DNA of 64,000 nucleotides from Basidiobolus meristosporus CBS 931.73 (GCA_002104905.1 MCFE01000247.1:50986-114985); one strand, 5' to 3'; shown: positions 12,517 through 24,586, numbered from the stretch's first letter. Notes: a model not told the origin generated them from the letters alone. Program-made: numbers and translations.

Positions 12517-13818
12517 TTATGAGGCTTCTTCCATCTTGGTATCGGTATCATTGCATGTCTCCTTGACATTTTTCGCAATGAGATAGGTGAAGGGAAGGGA
12601 CACGGTGAACAGTGCCCAGGACACGATCAGCTGGATCAAGAAGCTGGTGTTGACTGCGTCGATTCTCCAGGCAATGGCTGCTCCAGCAGATTGCATTCCC
12701 TTGTAGTAACCGGCATATCTGGCCAAGATGGTCGAGTCGTTGGACATGGCTCCCATGATCCAGTAGGCGTAGGTCTGGAGGGCAGCATCGCAGATACCAT
12801 AGCAGACATACAGCACCCACTTGGGCCAGAAGGCCCCGGCATCATTGATGAAGTCGATATCCTTGGGGTGATCCTCGCGGGTGTATTGAAGCTGCAGAGC
12901 AAGACCTCCACCCCAGGTGGCGGTGAACAGGATCCCGACGCCAGCAAGTCCGTACAAAGCTCTGGTTCTTCTGCCGAAGCGGGGGGTATCAAGGAACGCA
13001 CCCAAGATGTATGCTCCGGCCATCTGCGAGCCCCAGTAGAAGGCGTTGTTGAATGATCTGCTACGGAGGTTGAACAGCACTCCGTTCACTGCTCCGAATT
13101 GGTACGAGTAGAACCAGTTGGACGCGAGGCAGAGTGGGGTCAGCAGGAGCATGTTCTTGTCGGTGAACATCTTCAAGATTCCGATGATCTCATTGCCAAT
13201 GTTGCTGAACTTCTCCACATGCACGCGAGACCCATCGTCACGGACGACCTTGGCGGGTGGGAGGATGGCAAGTCCAGCAATAGCGCCAATGACCATGATC
13301 ACCAGGAAGGCCAGGTAGGTGGAGTTGCTGACAGCCCCGCTGTCTGAGTGGAAGTTGAGGCCGAATGGAATGAACGCGCCCATGACACCGCCAAGGTTGA
13401 AGATGATCCAGAAGAGACCGACACAGCGACCCTTCTGATCTTCAGCGGGGTAGGCCATCATGATCACACCCTGAGTGGTCCAGAGAATACCAGCACCAAT
13501 ACCCAACACTGCGCTGGAAGCAATGACAAAGGCGGCGTTCTTGTTGACGTTGTAGTTGAGAAGAGAGCCAGAGTAGAGGGCATAGGAGAGCCCACCGAGC
13601 AGCATACACAAGCGGCCACCAAGGACATTGTAGAAGCCACCACCGAGACAACCGAATACAGCGAAGCAGGCGTAAAGGGCGACGTTTCCGTTCTTGGCGG
13701 TGTTATCGTCCATCTGGCCACCGGCACCCATGCCGTTGATGACATTGAACATGCCAGGGCAGCAGAAGCAAACAAGACCTACCAGGAGAACTTGTGTGAG
13801 AGGACTGTTGTATCTCAT
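12517..13818 (-). CDS. UNC-93-like MFS transporter, copy A (433 aa, intronless)
   Basis: About 12 hydrophobic segments. Family motifs VGLVCFCCPGMFN, GAGILWTTQG and ASNWFYSYQF. Confidence 0.9.
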   Translation of the reverse strand: MRYNSPLTQVLLVGLVCFCCPGMFNVINGMGAGGQMDDNTAKNGNVALYACFAVFGCLGGGFYNVLGGRLCMLLGGLSYALYSGSLLNYNVNKNAAFVIASSAVLGIGAGILWTTQGVIMMAYPAEDQKGRCVGLFWIIFNLGGVMGAFIPFGLNFHSDSGAVSNSTYLAFLVIMVIGAIAGLAILPPAKVVRDDGSRVHVEKFSNIGNEIIGILKMFTDKNMLLLTPLCLASNWFYSYQFGAVNGVLFNLRSRSFNNAFYWGSQMAGAYILGAFLDTPRFGRRTRALYGLAGVGILFTATWGGGLALQLQYTREDHPKDIDFINDAGAFWPKWVLYVCYGICDAALQTYAYWIMGAMSNDSTILARYAGYYKGMQSAGAAIAWRIDAVNTSFLIQLIVSWALFTVSLPFTYLIAKNVKETCNDTDTKMEEAS

Positions 13819-13867
13819 GATAATGAATTTGATGTGAACTGATGTGATAGTAGCAACATTTCACAGC

Positions 13868-13874
13868 TTTTATA
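13868..13874 (-). promoter_or_regulatory. Putative TATA box (TATAAAA) of MFS copy A
   Basis: About 50 bp upstream of the ATG. Matching boxes occur upstream of the other three paralogues. Confidence 0.45.
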
Positions 13875-14790
13875 ACCTCGTAAAATTGGCGCATATTCGT
13901 CTCCAACGATAACGTGCTTCATATGGCAGGCATTCGTGGAGCCGAGAACCAGATCATACTCCCATATAATATATATGGAATGATCCTTAGTACAAAGTCT
14001 GGGCTGTCAAGCAAACTGTTTGGTAGTAACTCAGTAGAATTCAAATGGGGGTAAATGTAACAAACCTGGGTAGGTAAATACCCCCAAGAAACTACCCTGT
14101 ATATATCTATATATAGTCTACTTATCGGAGCAAACCTCAAGGTTCTATTCAATAAGCTAATTAATTAATCTTAATATGGGATTTCTTGGAGCTGAAGAAG
14201 TTCGACTTTCTGATGATTGTGGCTTCCTCGCATAGTTACTGTTATGCTGGCCAATCAGGGAGTCCCAATTAGTGTTTTCCATATTCTACCATGGATGATG
14301 AGATGCCTATTTTGGAATGCCATCTGTGGAGAACCTATCTCCATCGCTCAACTGACTTGTACCAACCTGGTCGGAGAAGACGAATTAGGAATCACCGCTG
14401 CCACGACAGTTGAGCAACCCAACCAAGGATCCCCGTTGCAGTACGGTACACGAGTATGGCCACACCTGCCATAAAAAGGAATTCCAATCATTATGGTCTA
14501 GTTACGTAGTTTCAAAATGACAATATCTCCAGGACAAAACTAGACTTATTGCCACACAAACACAAACTTGAAGTCAGGAATGGCCTTAAATTCCATTGCA
14601 AGTCGAGATCGAATGATTCCTTTCGCCGGTCACGTTTTATCGTTCGCGATGCTGTTAATGGTAAAATGATTCTACTTATTTCGATTCCCTGTGATCGTTG
14701 GACAATTTTGGTGGAGTATCCGTACTGCTCAAACTACCATTTTAGCATGAACACAACACAAAGCAAACCACATAGCACAGAGCGTGAAAC

Positions 14791-14797
14791 TATAAAA
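14791..14797 (+). promoter_or_regulatory. Putative TATA box (TATAAAA) of MFS copy B
   Basis: About 70 bp upstream of the ATG at 14864. Confidence 0.45.
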
Positions 14798-14863
14798 GCA
14801 GGGCTTGATTTCCTCCTTTCTCAGTAAAACCAATCATACATTTTATTTGAATAAAATATTCAA

Positions 14864-16165
14864 ATGCGCTACAACAGTCCTCTCACACAAGTCCTCCTGG
14901 TAGGTCTTGTTTGCTTCTGCTGCCCTGGCATGTTCAATGTCATCAACGGCATGGGTGCTGGTGGCCAGATGGACGATAACACCGCCAAGAACGGAAACGT
15001 CGCCCTTTACGCCTGCTTCGCTGTATTCGGTTGTCTTGGTGGTGGCTTCTACAATGTCCTTGGTGGCCGCTTGTGCATGCTGCTCGGTGGGCTCTCCTAT
15101 GCCCTCTACTCTGGCTCTCTTCTCAACTACAACGTCAACAAGAACGCCGCCTTTGTCATTGCTTCCAGCGCAGTGTTGGGTATTGGTGCTGGTATTCTCT
15201 GGACCACTCAGGGTGTGATCATGATGGCCTACCCCGCTGAAGATCAGAAGGGTCGCTGTGTCGGTCTCTTCTGGATCATCTTCAACCTTGGCGGTGTCAT
15301 GGGCGCGTTCATTCCATTCGGCCTCAACTTCCACTCAGACAGCGGGGCTGTCAGCAACTCCACCTACCTGGCCTTCCTGGTGATCATGGTCATTGGCGCT
15401 ATTGCTGGACTTGCCATCCTCCCACCCGCCAAGGTCGTCCGTGACGATGGGTCTCGCGTGCATGTGGAGAAGTTCAGCAACATTGGCAATGAGATCATCG
15501 GAATCTTGAAGATGTTCACCGACAAGAACATGCTCCTGCTGACCCCACTCTGCCTCGCGTCCAACTGGTTCTACTCGTACCAATTCGGAGCAGTGAACGG
15601 AGTGCTGTTCAACCTCCGTAGCAGATCATTCAACAACGCCTTCTACTGGGGCTCGCAGATGGCCGGAGCATACATCTTGGGTGCGTTCCTTGATACCCCC
15701 CGCTTCGGCAGAAGAACCAGAGCTTTGTACGGACTTGCTGGCGTCGGGATCCTGTTCACCGCCACCTGGGGTGGAGGTCTTGCTCTGCAGCTTCAATACA
15801 CCCGCGAGGATCACCCCAAGGATATCGACTTCATCAATGATGCCGGAGCCTTCTGGCCCAAGTGGGTGCTGTATGTCTGCTATGGTATCTGCGATGCTGC
15901 CCTCCAGACCTACGCCTACTGGATCATGGGAGCCATGTCCAACGACTCGACCATCTTGGCCAGATATGCCGGCTACTACAAGGGAATGCAATCTGCCGGA
16001 GCAGCCATTGCCTGGAGAATCGACGCAGTCAACACCAGCTTCTTGATCCAGCTGATCGTGTCGTGGGCACTGTTCACCGTGTCCCTTCCCTTCACCTATC
16101 TCATTGCGAAAAATGTCAAGGAGACATGCAATGATACCGATACCAAGATGGAAGAGGCTTCTTAA
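14864..16165 (+). CDS. UNC-93-like MFS transporter, copy B (protein identical to copy A)
   Basis: The translations in the ORF track are identical. Inverted and divergent relative to copy A. Confidence 0.9.
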   Translation: MRYNSPLTQVLLVGLVCFCCPGMFNVINGMGAGGQMDDNTAKNGNVALYACFAVFGCLGGGFYNVLGGRLCMLLGGLSYALYSGSLLNYNVNKNAAFVIASSAVLGIGAGILWTTQGVIMMAYPAEDQKGRCVGLFWIIFNLGGVMGAFIPFGLNFHSDSGAVSNSTYLAFLVIMVIGAIAGLAILPPAKVVRDDGSRVHVEKFSNIGNEIIGILKMFTDKNMLLLTPLCLASNWFYSYQFGAVNGVLFNLRSRSFNNAFYWGSQMAGAYILGAFLDTPRFGRRTRALYGLAGVGILFTATWGGGLALQLQYTREDHPKDIDFINDAGAFWPKWVLYVCYGICDAALQTYAYWIMGAMSNDSTILARYAGYYKGMQSAGAAIAWRIDAVNTSFLIQLIVSWALFTVSLPFTYLIAKNVKETCNDTDTKMEEAS

Positions 16166-17766
16166 TCGCAGTGTATCTAGAATTTTGTTCGTACATATAA
16201 GTTCGTTAACCTGTAGAATTTCATAAATAAATAACTCAATCGTTCATACAACATCTTCAGGTAAAGCCCACTTGTAGGTAGATACCTGTTGCGCGCTGGT
16301 TTTGAATATAAAGTTGGCAGATAGCGACTTTGGGCGATACAGGTCACCAAGGAATCTTGATCGACCGTTATTCAAGCCCTCGGATCGGGCGACATTAAGT
16401 GTAACGTTCACCGAGCGGGTAACATATGAATTAATCCTTCAACGGGATCCTTCCAAATTCAACGATGGTATTGATAGCGCCAGCAACCAAATTATATGGA
16501 TCCAAGACGATCCATTTAAATTCATGCTTTTGTTAGCCACGGCGCTGTAATACATCATACTATTAGCTATAAATTAGCTGATTATGGCCTCGTAGTCCAA
16601 ATTTGGGACACCAATCCTGAGAGTACATAGGTTGTTGAAAATCCATACTGATCTGGTTGAGGAAACGTTGAATATGTCAGGCTACGTTGATTGGGTGGTG
16701 GGTGTGATCATTTGATATTAGGTTAAAAAGTTGATGGTGTGGTTAATACCTTATTTAGGAGGCATGAGATCATGGGAAATTTTGGGCTAGTTATCGAATT
16801 TCTCTTGCTTGAAAAAGAGAACTTTTTCCTGTGATGAAAGAACTTACCATTATTCCATATTCTAATATTAACCTCCTCGGGTTATTTTGGGATCCCGTCA
16901 GATGCACCATTTAATCATGAGATTGCAGGCAGAAAGTTGGGATTTCTCAAGTGATAGACTCTAAAGCAGTTACCTGATGCTTACCTGTCAGTCGCTCGAT
17001 CAATTCAGCACTGCATATTAATTGTGGACGCCCTTCCCCAGGGATTTTTTTCTCGTTTGTATTCATAGTGGTCATTCCCGAATCACTATTGATGTGTGGT
17101 TTTAATCTATTCATGGATTTAAACGAACCTGTCTGGATTCCCCACCAACTGTTAACCAGTGGATCTATTTTTATAACTAGCTGATAAGCGCTTTCCAAAT
17201 TTCACGATATCAACGCAAGACCTGATTACATGCAGAGCTACAAACCATCGGTACGTGGAATGTGTTTTATCGCGATCATCAACGCCTTGACGGTTAGAGT
17301 TACGCCCACAATAACTTACAATCGGTAGGTTGCAGTAGTATGAAAGCTCCAATAACTCAACCCTCGCAGTGCCAATACCTCGTACCAATGCCAAGATTAT
17401 ACGGATAGTGATTCAAGGTAGTCTATTTTCCCTCCTAGAATTGTCATAGAAGTTACATCTCAACGAGTAATCACAAAGTAAAACCACTTTGTTAACTGTT
17501 AATCATTGCGGCCGCAAATACGAAATGTCGCTAGGCTGATTGAAGTAAGGTGAAACCCCCTCCCACGTTTGGTATGGGCGATTGGCTTGATCGATTAAAG
17601 TAATGTGAAACCAACGACCATATTTGGCAGAGTAGAACGATGTCCAAAATCCGATAAGAAGGGTTTGTTATTTTGGGCTTACAAAAAAGTAACGACATGG
17701 TTGTTATTATGTGCGTTTCCGAAGATTGACACAACAGTGGTATTCATAGATAAGGCGCGAAAAGCG

Positions 17767-17773
17767 TATAAAT
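17767..17773 (+). promoter_or_regulatory. Putative TATA box (TATAAAT) of MFS copy C
   Basis: About 75 bp upstream of the ATG at 17848. Confidence 0.4.
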
Positions 17774-17847
17774 GAGAGCGTCTTGGCGCCTTGTACAACC
17801 TAACAAATCATCTAAACTTGGTCTCACCGCATTATCTTCCATTCTTG

Positions 17848-19149
17848 ATGCGCTACAACAGTCCGCTTGCCCAGGTTCTTCTAGTGGGTTTGATCTGCTT
17901 CTGCTGCCCTGGCATGTTCAATGTCATCAACGGCATGGGTGCCGGTGGTCAAATGGATAACAACACCGCCAAGAACGGAAACGTCGCCCTTTACGCCTGC
18001 TTCGCTGTATTCGGTTACTTGGGTGGTGGTATTTACAACGTTCTTGGTGGTCGCCTGTGCTTGTTGCTGGGAGGACTTTCCTATGCCCTCTACTCTGGCT
18101 CTCTTCTCAACTACAACGTTAACAAAAATGCTGCATTTGTCATCGGTGCCAGTGCCGTGCTTGGTCTTGGAGCCGGTATTCTTTGGACCACTCAAGGTGT
18201 GATCATGATGTCCTACCCCGCTGAAGACCAAAAGGGTCGTTGTGTCGGCCTCTTCTGGATCATCTTCAACCTTGGTGGCGTCATGGGCGCGTTCATTCCA
18301 TTCGGCCTCAACTTCCACTCAGACAAGGGTGCTGTCAGCAACTCCACCTACCTGGCCTTCCTGGTGATCATGATCATTGGCGCTATTGCTGGACTTGCCA
18401 TCCTCCCGCCCGAGAAGGTTGTCCGTGATGATGGGTCTCGTGTGCACGTGGAGAAGTTCAGCAACATCGGAAAGGAGATCCTTGAAACATTGAAGCTATT
18501 CACCGACAAGAACATGCTCCTGCTGACCCCACTCTGCCTCGCATCCAACTGGTTCTACTCCTACCAATTCGGAGATGTAAACGGAGTGCTGTTCAACCTT
18601 CGTAGCAGATCATTCAACAATGCCTTCTACTGGGGATCCCAAATGGTGGGTGCATTAGCAGTTGGAGCATTCCTTGATAATACCCGATTTGGCAGAAGAG
18701 CTAGAGCCTTGTATGGCCTTGCTGGAGTTGGTATTCTGTTCACTGCTACCTGGGGTGGAGGTCTTGCTCTTCAACTTCAATACACCCGCGAGGATCATCC
18801 TAGCAACATTGATTTTATTGATAACCCAGGTGCCTTCTGGCCCAAGTGGGTGCTGTATGTCTGCTATGGACTCTGCGATGCCGCCCTTCAAACCTACGCC
18901 TACTGGATCATGGGAGCTCTATCCAACGATTCCACTGTCCTTGCCAGATATGCCGGTTACTACAAGGGTGTCCAATCAGCTGGTGGTGCTATCGCCTGGA
19001 GAATTGATGCTGTAAACACGGCCTTCCTTACTCAGCTGATCATCTCCTGGGCGTTGTTTACTGTCTCGCTCCCGTTCACATATTTTGTGGCCAGAGGTAT
19101 CAAAGAAACATGTCACGCAATCGAGCCGGAGATTAAGGAAATTGCCTGA
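17848..19149 (+). CDS. UNC-93-like MFS transporter, copy C
   Basis: Close paralogue of A/B. The start MRYNSP aligns with A/B. Confidence 0.9.
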   Translation: MRYNSPLAQVLLVGLICFCCPGMFNVINGMGAGGQMDNNTAKNGNVALYACFAVFGYLGGGIYNVLGGRLCLLLGGLSYALYSGSLLNYNVNKNAAFVIGASAVLGLGAGILWTTQGVIMMSYPAEDQKGRCVGLFWIIFNLGGVMGAFIPFGLNFHSDKGAVSNSTYLAFLVIMIIGAIAGLAILPPEKVVRDDGSRVHVEKFSNIGKEILETLKLFTDKNMLLLTPLCLASNWFYSYQFGDVNGVLFNLRSRSFNNAFYWGSQMVGALAVGAFLDNTRFGRRARALYGLAGVGILFTATWGGGLALQLQYTREDHPSNIDFIDNPGAFWPKWVLYVCYGLCDAALQTYAYWIMGALSNDSTVLARYAGYYKGVQSAGGAIAWRIDAVNTAFLTQLIISWALFTVSLPFTYFVARGIKETCHAIEPEIKEIA

Positions 19150-19499
19150 ACCCATTTTGCATCATAGTTACTACCCATGGCCTTCAGCATTTACTGCATG
19201 GTCCCCCTCCGAGGTTTAATGTAAATGTAGTATCACCTGTTATATATGTCTAATAAATCATGAAAACCATAGTCAGCCTTGCTTTGCACTTCTCAAACAC
19301 GAATTGGACTTCCTCGTAAAGACCCAACTGGTGGCACCGATAATGTGATTTCCGCCTATACGCCATCATCTATGCGGTGATGATTTAAAAGAGCGTATAT
19401 GGGCGTGAGTTCAACTGACCAGATCCCTCCAAACCGATCGTATAATTCTTTTCGAACCCTCCTTCCCGATATGCAACGGATTCATTCGTACATACATAG

Positions 19500-19900
19500 G
19501 TATACTGAGACATTCAGTGAATTTAGCACCGTGCATGTAAACCCATATTGAAGCCATCCCCATTGGGAGAGTGGGCATCCAGATGTTGTGCAGAACCTCC
19601 AATAACTTGGTAGTGCGTACCTTCAAGTGACGCAAATATCCTTGCGTCTTCTCCATACCAGAAATGGAGTTGCATCTCTTCAGAGCTTCCTTCTTCGGAC
19701 ATCAAGATCAATCCAGCAGCAGCTCAATCCAGACCAAATCCTCATTATTTCAATTGGGAAAGAACACCGCCCTTGGAAACGAGCAGGACTATTGGCTTTC
19801 GCACGCTGCGATTGGTTGATCTAGGATACACGGTAATCCCAAAGTCCGTACAATGAATGGATGGTTGTTGCTTGTGTTTGTGGCACGCTTGAAGTTACAG
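19500..19900 (-). pseudogene. Possible frameshifted PA (protease-associated) domain remnant
   Basis: Adjacent frames give KPIVLLVSKG / GRCSFPIEI / AAAGLILM, resembling the PA consensus IVLVxRGxCSFxxK...GAxAVII. Stops are present. Confidence 0.25.
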
Positions 19901-20479
19901 GAGAACGTCTGGATAGAAAGTTGAATGCCCTGTACCGCTAGTATGCAGCGTTTTGTAGGCCTAGAAAAGATGTCAAAAGAGCAGAGGGAATGTCCATTCA
20001 TGAACAAGAAGGACGATGATCGAGTATTTGATGATATGGCCGAGCAACCACTGATCGCTTCTCCTACATGTTACTAGATGAATGAAGTTTGATGACCACC
20101 AGCGGTCATTGTTTAGTTCGGAGTGGCTATATGCACAGGGCGCCGCCTCAACACTCAAGATCATTGAAGCAGGGTTTGTAGCACATTGGCCCACATCGTA
20201 ATCTAGATGCTGGTCATAAACCCATCCCACCAGGGGTCATACACAATGACTAACCTCGCCAGTGAAAATAACATGTAAGATAACCACCACGCATCAAACC
20301 TGATTTTAATCAATCTTTGTGCGCGGAGCCTTCTTAATTCTCACAGGAAAAATCGGGGTCGAATCGGTCGATTTTATTAGTTGGTGAAATAAGGATCATC
20401 CATTTGTTTGGGGGAAATCAAAATTACATGTGGTTAAGTGGTACTAGTGATATGAGTGATTATGCGATTTGCAGATTGA

Positions 20480-21791
20480 CTAGGCAGGTGTCACATCTTT
20501 CTCGGCCTCGGCTACATTATTGGTTTCCTTCACGTTTCTAGCAATGAAGTAGGTGAAGGGTAGGGAAACGGTGAAGAGTGCCCATGAGACGATCAACTGG
20601 GTGAGGAAGGCTGTGTTGATAGCATCAATTCTCCAGGCGATAGCACCACCAGCTGATTGGACACCCTTAGTAGTAACCGGCATATCTGGCAAGGACAGTG
20701 GAATCGTTGGATAGAGCTCCCATGATCCAGTAGGCGTAGGTCTGGAGGGCAGCATCGCAGATACCATAGAACATGTACAACAACCACTTGGGCCAGAAGG
20801 CACCTGGGTTATCAATAAAATCAATGTTGCTAGGATGATCCTCGCGGGTGTATTGAAGTTGAAGAGCAAGACCTCCACCCCAGGTGGCAGTGAAAATGAC
20901 TGCGACAATGGCGAGACCGTACAAGGCTCTGGCTCTTCTACCGAAGCGAGGGCTATCAAGGAAAGCACCCAAGGCATAAGCACCCACCATTTGAGATCCC
21001 CAGTAGAAGGCATTGTTGAATGATCTGCTACGAAGGTTGAACAACACTCCGTTCACTGCTCCGAATTGGTACGAGTAGAACCAGTTGGATGCGAGGCAGA
21101 GTGGGGTCAGCAGAAGCATGTTCTTGTCTGTGAATAGCTTCAATGTTTCAAGGATCTCCTTTCCGATGTTGCTGAACTTCTCCACGTGCACACGAGACCC
21201 ATCATCACGGACAACCTTCTCGGGTGGGAGGACAGCAAGGCCGCCGATAGCGCCAATGATCATGATCACCAGGAAGGCCAGGTAAGTGGAGTTGCTGACA
21301 GCACCCTTGTCTGAGTGGAAGTTGAGGCCGAATGGAATGAACGCGCCCATGACGCCACCAAGGTTGAAGATGATCCAGAAGAGACCGACACAACGACCCT
21401 TTTGGTCTTCAGCGGGGTAGGACATCATGATCACACCTTGAGTGGTCCAAAGAATACCGGCTCCAAGACCAAGCACGGCACTGGCACCGATGACAAATGC
21501 AGCATTTCCGCTTTTATTGTATTCGAGGAGAGAGCCAGAGTAGAGGGCATAGGAAAGTCCTCCCAGCAACAAGCACAGGCGGCCACCAAGAACGTTGTAA
21601 ATACCACCACCCAAGTAACCGAATACAGCGAAGCAGGCGTAAAGGGCGACGTTTCCGTTCTTGGCGGTGTTATCGTCCATTTGACCACCGGCACCCATGC
21701 CGTTGATGACATTGAACATGCCAGGGCAGCAGAAGCAAACAAGGCCTATGAGAAGCACTTGCGCGAGGGGACTATTGTATCTCAATCTCAT
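20480..21791 (-). pseudogene. UNC-93-like MFS transporter, copy D, with a +1 frameshift near 20669
   Basis: GGT TAC TAC TAA GGG TGT versus GGT TAC TAC AAG GGT GTC in copy C. The C-terminus (KGVQSAGGAIAWRID...) continues in ORF 20480-21013. May be a sequencing error. Confidence 0.8.
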
Positions 21792-21839
21792 GTGAATGGG
21801 AGTCAGAAGAATGCTTGACATCGGTGAGCTGGAGCCCAC

Positions 21840-21846
21840 TTTTATA
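21840..21846 (-). promoter_or_regulatory. Putative TATA box (TATAAAA) of MFS copy D
   Basis: About 50 bp upstream of the ATG at 21791. Confidence 0.4.
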
Positions 21847-23278
21847 TGAAAACATTGGCGAGGGCTCTGTTTTGAGAAATTCGTTGGAGTCAATGAGGGG
21901 ACCATTGAAATGGGCCGGCGATTCAAATATCTCTGTATCACGCAAGCGTTGAATCGCCTTGAATTTCCGGACACACAGCAATGGCAGTAATTAGCCAGCT
22001 GAATCCCACCGTTTGTTCCTTTTTTCGTTCCCTTCAGCGCATCCTCTACCAAAACGGTGACACCGGTTTCAGATCCGGCTACACAAGCTTAACATCGCCT
22101 GCGAGACGAATATTTATGTTGAGCCAGAGCTGGATGCGGTCCACTTCACAGATAGGCCAGTCTTTTCTCACTTTTTCCAATCAGTTGTCTTGGAAAAATC
22201 CGGTTTCGGTCTTGAAAGTACAACTGAGTTTCCCAATTAGGCTACGGGGAAAGTGGGGAACTCATTTTAGGAAGAATTCGCACCGCAGACATGGTGGCAC
22301 TAGGTTAATCATATGATCCGATGTATGGCCAACACATGCGTGCTCTGGTATTTCGAGTGACGAATTGCAATCCTGTCGCCGTTTCCTAAGTAGGCAGAGA
22401 TCAATATTCGACTGAGCACTACGGGAGCGATGGTTCGACTTGAATGATTCAAACAGGAATGGAAACAACGGAGGTGGCGTGGTGGAAGCTTGGTGCTGCT
22501 CTGGTCGATATGGTCCAACCGTGGTTTGCAATGGCCAGGAGACACATGAGTTTTGTGAGCAGTGTCTTCGATCAGGCCTTGTGGAGAAATCCTGAATATT
22601 ACGCAAGCTGCGTTCCGGCAAAAGTCCGACAGTATATTTGGTGATGTTGATCAGTAGATGTGGTCTAGTTCTGAGGTAACCAGTCAGTCAGCTGGTATCT
22701 TTTCCCATGCACTCATCACCTTTATGCTTTGTTTAAGCTATTCAATTTCTAATCATGGGTTGCTCGTTATGGAGGTGGTTTTCGACTCCGTACATTCTGT
22801 CATGTGTCTTCAGGGAAGGCCAATAGCCTTTCCATGAATGATGGAGCGATGCTAGACACCGGATAAATGCGGATTCACGTGTGAAAGAACCATGTTATCC
22901 ATAGAGCAGAACTGCACTATTGCCAATATCTTTGTTCATCGAATATGGCAGGTGTGCGACCTTGGTAACACCCACGATAGATGGACCAGTCATCAAAATC
23001 GGAGAATGGCAATTAATAAGGCAAAAGACTCTGGGGACATGTTCCTCTACAAATGGTTCACCCGGCAGTTTGTTATTCATTCAGTGTACAGGTGATCATG
23101 ATTGACCTCATTGCAAGAATCTGACTCATCCTCGATAATCGCCCAGAGCTTGTTTACAACCTGTCCCGGCGAAATGCTACCACCTGATGAACATTAATCT
23201 TCATCCCCAACTATGATGCTGACGATGATGCGTACAGTTTATTACAGTGGAGATATGAAATACGTGCACAGTGGTTGG

Positions 23279-24586
23279 CTACAGTATGATGTCAATAGGA
23301 TCCTTTCTTCCAAAATACACCTCATGCAATCTTAGCGCGTACTTGGAGAAGGTGGATCTTGGCGTGCCCACAAAGAAGTAGCCCCGCGAAGCAACCACCG
23401 AGTCCACCATGGGTATGAGGTGTGGCGTGAGGGAAATCGAGTCCTCCGGGTTTCGCTCGTCGTAGAGAGAAGCCGTCTCACTCTTGAAATCCGAGTACAC
23501 GAAGGTGCACGGGAACTCCTTGAACAACGGGGAGAGTGCGTCCTCCTCCCTGGGATTCTTCAGATCAGTCGCCAGGTAGATGACGGGTGAACGCAGCCGG
23601 GATCTCGTCAAGCAGGATTCCAGTGAGTGCGACTGACCCATTTCGAACCTGCTTCCTGAGACCCCCATGGCCTGCTGGTCCTCCCGGGTACGAAGCATCT
23701 GTTTGATTTCGTCCAGTATGATCATCAGGTTCTTGCCTAGATCTTCGGCGAAGTAAAAGTCAGAGGCACGGAGGTGGATCCCGTAGTAGTTTTCCGATCC
23801 CCCTAGTTTGGCGGAAATCCTTTTGGAGATGGTGTGTACTACTGGAGAGTCGTAAACTAGTTTTCGGCGTAACTGCTGGAAATATGCTGTGTTTTCCGGT
23901 ATATCCGTTTGAATCCGCCAGCTGGAGAAGAGCGAGCCGAAGAAGATCAGTTTCTGAGGGATGTCGGCCAGCTCGCTTACTAGGATCGCTCTGCTGAACT
24001 GGTTCAGGGCGAATGTACTGTTAAAGCGGTCGACGATGGTGTAGTTGTATAGTGTGGTATCCTTTACGTAGTGGATGTCCTCCGCATCGATGCCGTAATT
24101 GGCGAGCTCGTTGCTGGCAAATTCGGTCTGCTGCTGGAATTTTATCTTCCCTCTGAACGCGTCCATATCAAAGAAGTATCTCCAGGGCAACTTCGTCCAC
24201 GTCTCGTAGCCAGCGCATTCGAGCGGCAACTCTTTCAGTTTATAGTTCTTGCAGTGCCCCAAAGAGCGTTTACTTTTTCCCGAGAGCCAATTATGCAAAC
24301 TGTTAAATGTGCGCCAGGGAATTGGCGGGCCTAACAGAGCCGGTGGAAGTAGGACTGTTCTATTAAGCAACTTGGCCAAAAATAAAGCATTCTCCAGTTC
24401 TATTCGCTGGTTGTGGAAGCCACTGTGAGGAAGATAGGTGAGGTACTTTTCTGAGGTGCTAAACTCTGGTTGGAATTTCAAGGGGATTTCTTGACTCTCC
24501 CATATGGTGGAGAACAAGTAGTACGCGCAAAGTAGCCACAGGAGAAAGAGAAGTAGGATGAACCCTTGACGGTAATACTTCACCAT
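23279..24586 (-). CDS. GDP-fucose O-fucosyltransferase-like protein (CigA-like), type II membrane
   Basis: N-terminal TM segment. Motifs YLPHSGFHNQRIELENA, GIHLR, IYLATD and FFVGTPRSTFS. Intronless. Confidence 0.8.
   Translation of the reverse strand: MVKYYRQGFILLLFLLWLLCAYYLFSTIWESQEIPLKFQPEFSTSEKYLTYLPHSGFHNQRIELENALFLAKLLNRTVLLPPALLGPPIPWRTFNSLHNWLSGKSKRSLGHCKNYKLKELPLECAGYETWTKLPWRYFFDMDAFRGKIKFQQQTEFASNELANYGIDAEDIHYVKDTTLYNYTIVDRFNSTFALNQFSRAILVSELADIPQKLIFFGSLFSSWRIQTDIPENTAYFQQLRRKLVYDSPVVHTISKRISAKLGGSENYYGIHLRASDFYFAEDLGKNLMIILDEIKQMLRTREDQQAMGVSGSRFEMGQSHSLESCLTRSRLRSPVIYLATDLKNPREEDALSPLFKEFPCTFVYSDFKSETASLYDERNPEDSISLTPHLIPMVDSVVASRGYFFVGTPRSTFSKYALRLHEVYFGRKDPIDIIL

Noticed and set aside
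16302-17734. Short ORFs between MFS copies B and C
   Set aside because: No motifs or consistent splice structure, so they were treated as intergenic.
12548-21818. Many overlapping ORFs of 60-170 aa recurring in the MFS cluster
   Set aside because: They are antisense or alternative-frame shadows of the GC-rich MFS genes and recur only because the genes are duplicated.
22440-22600. CNGQETHEFCEQCL resembles part of a RING finger
   Set aside because: Incomplete ligand set, flanked by stops, and no supporting gene structure.
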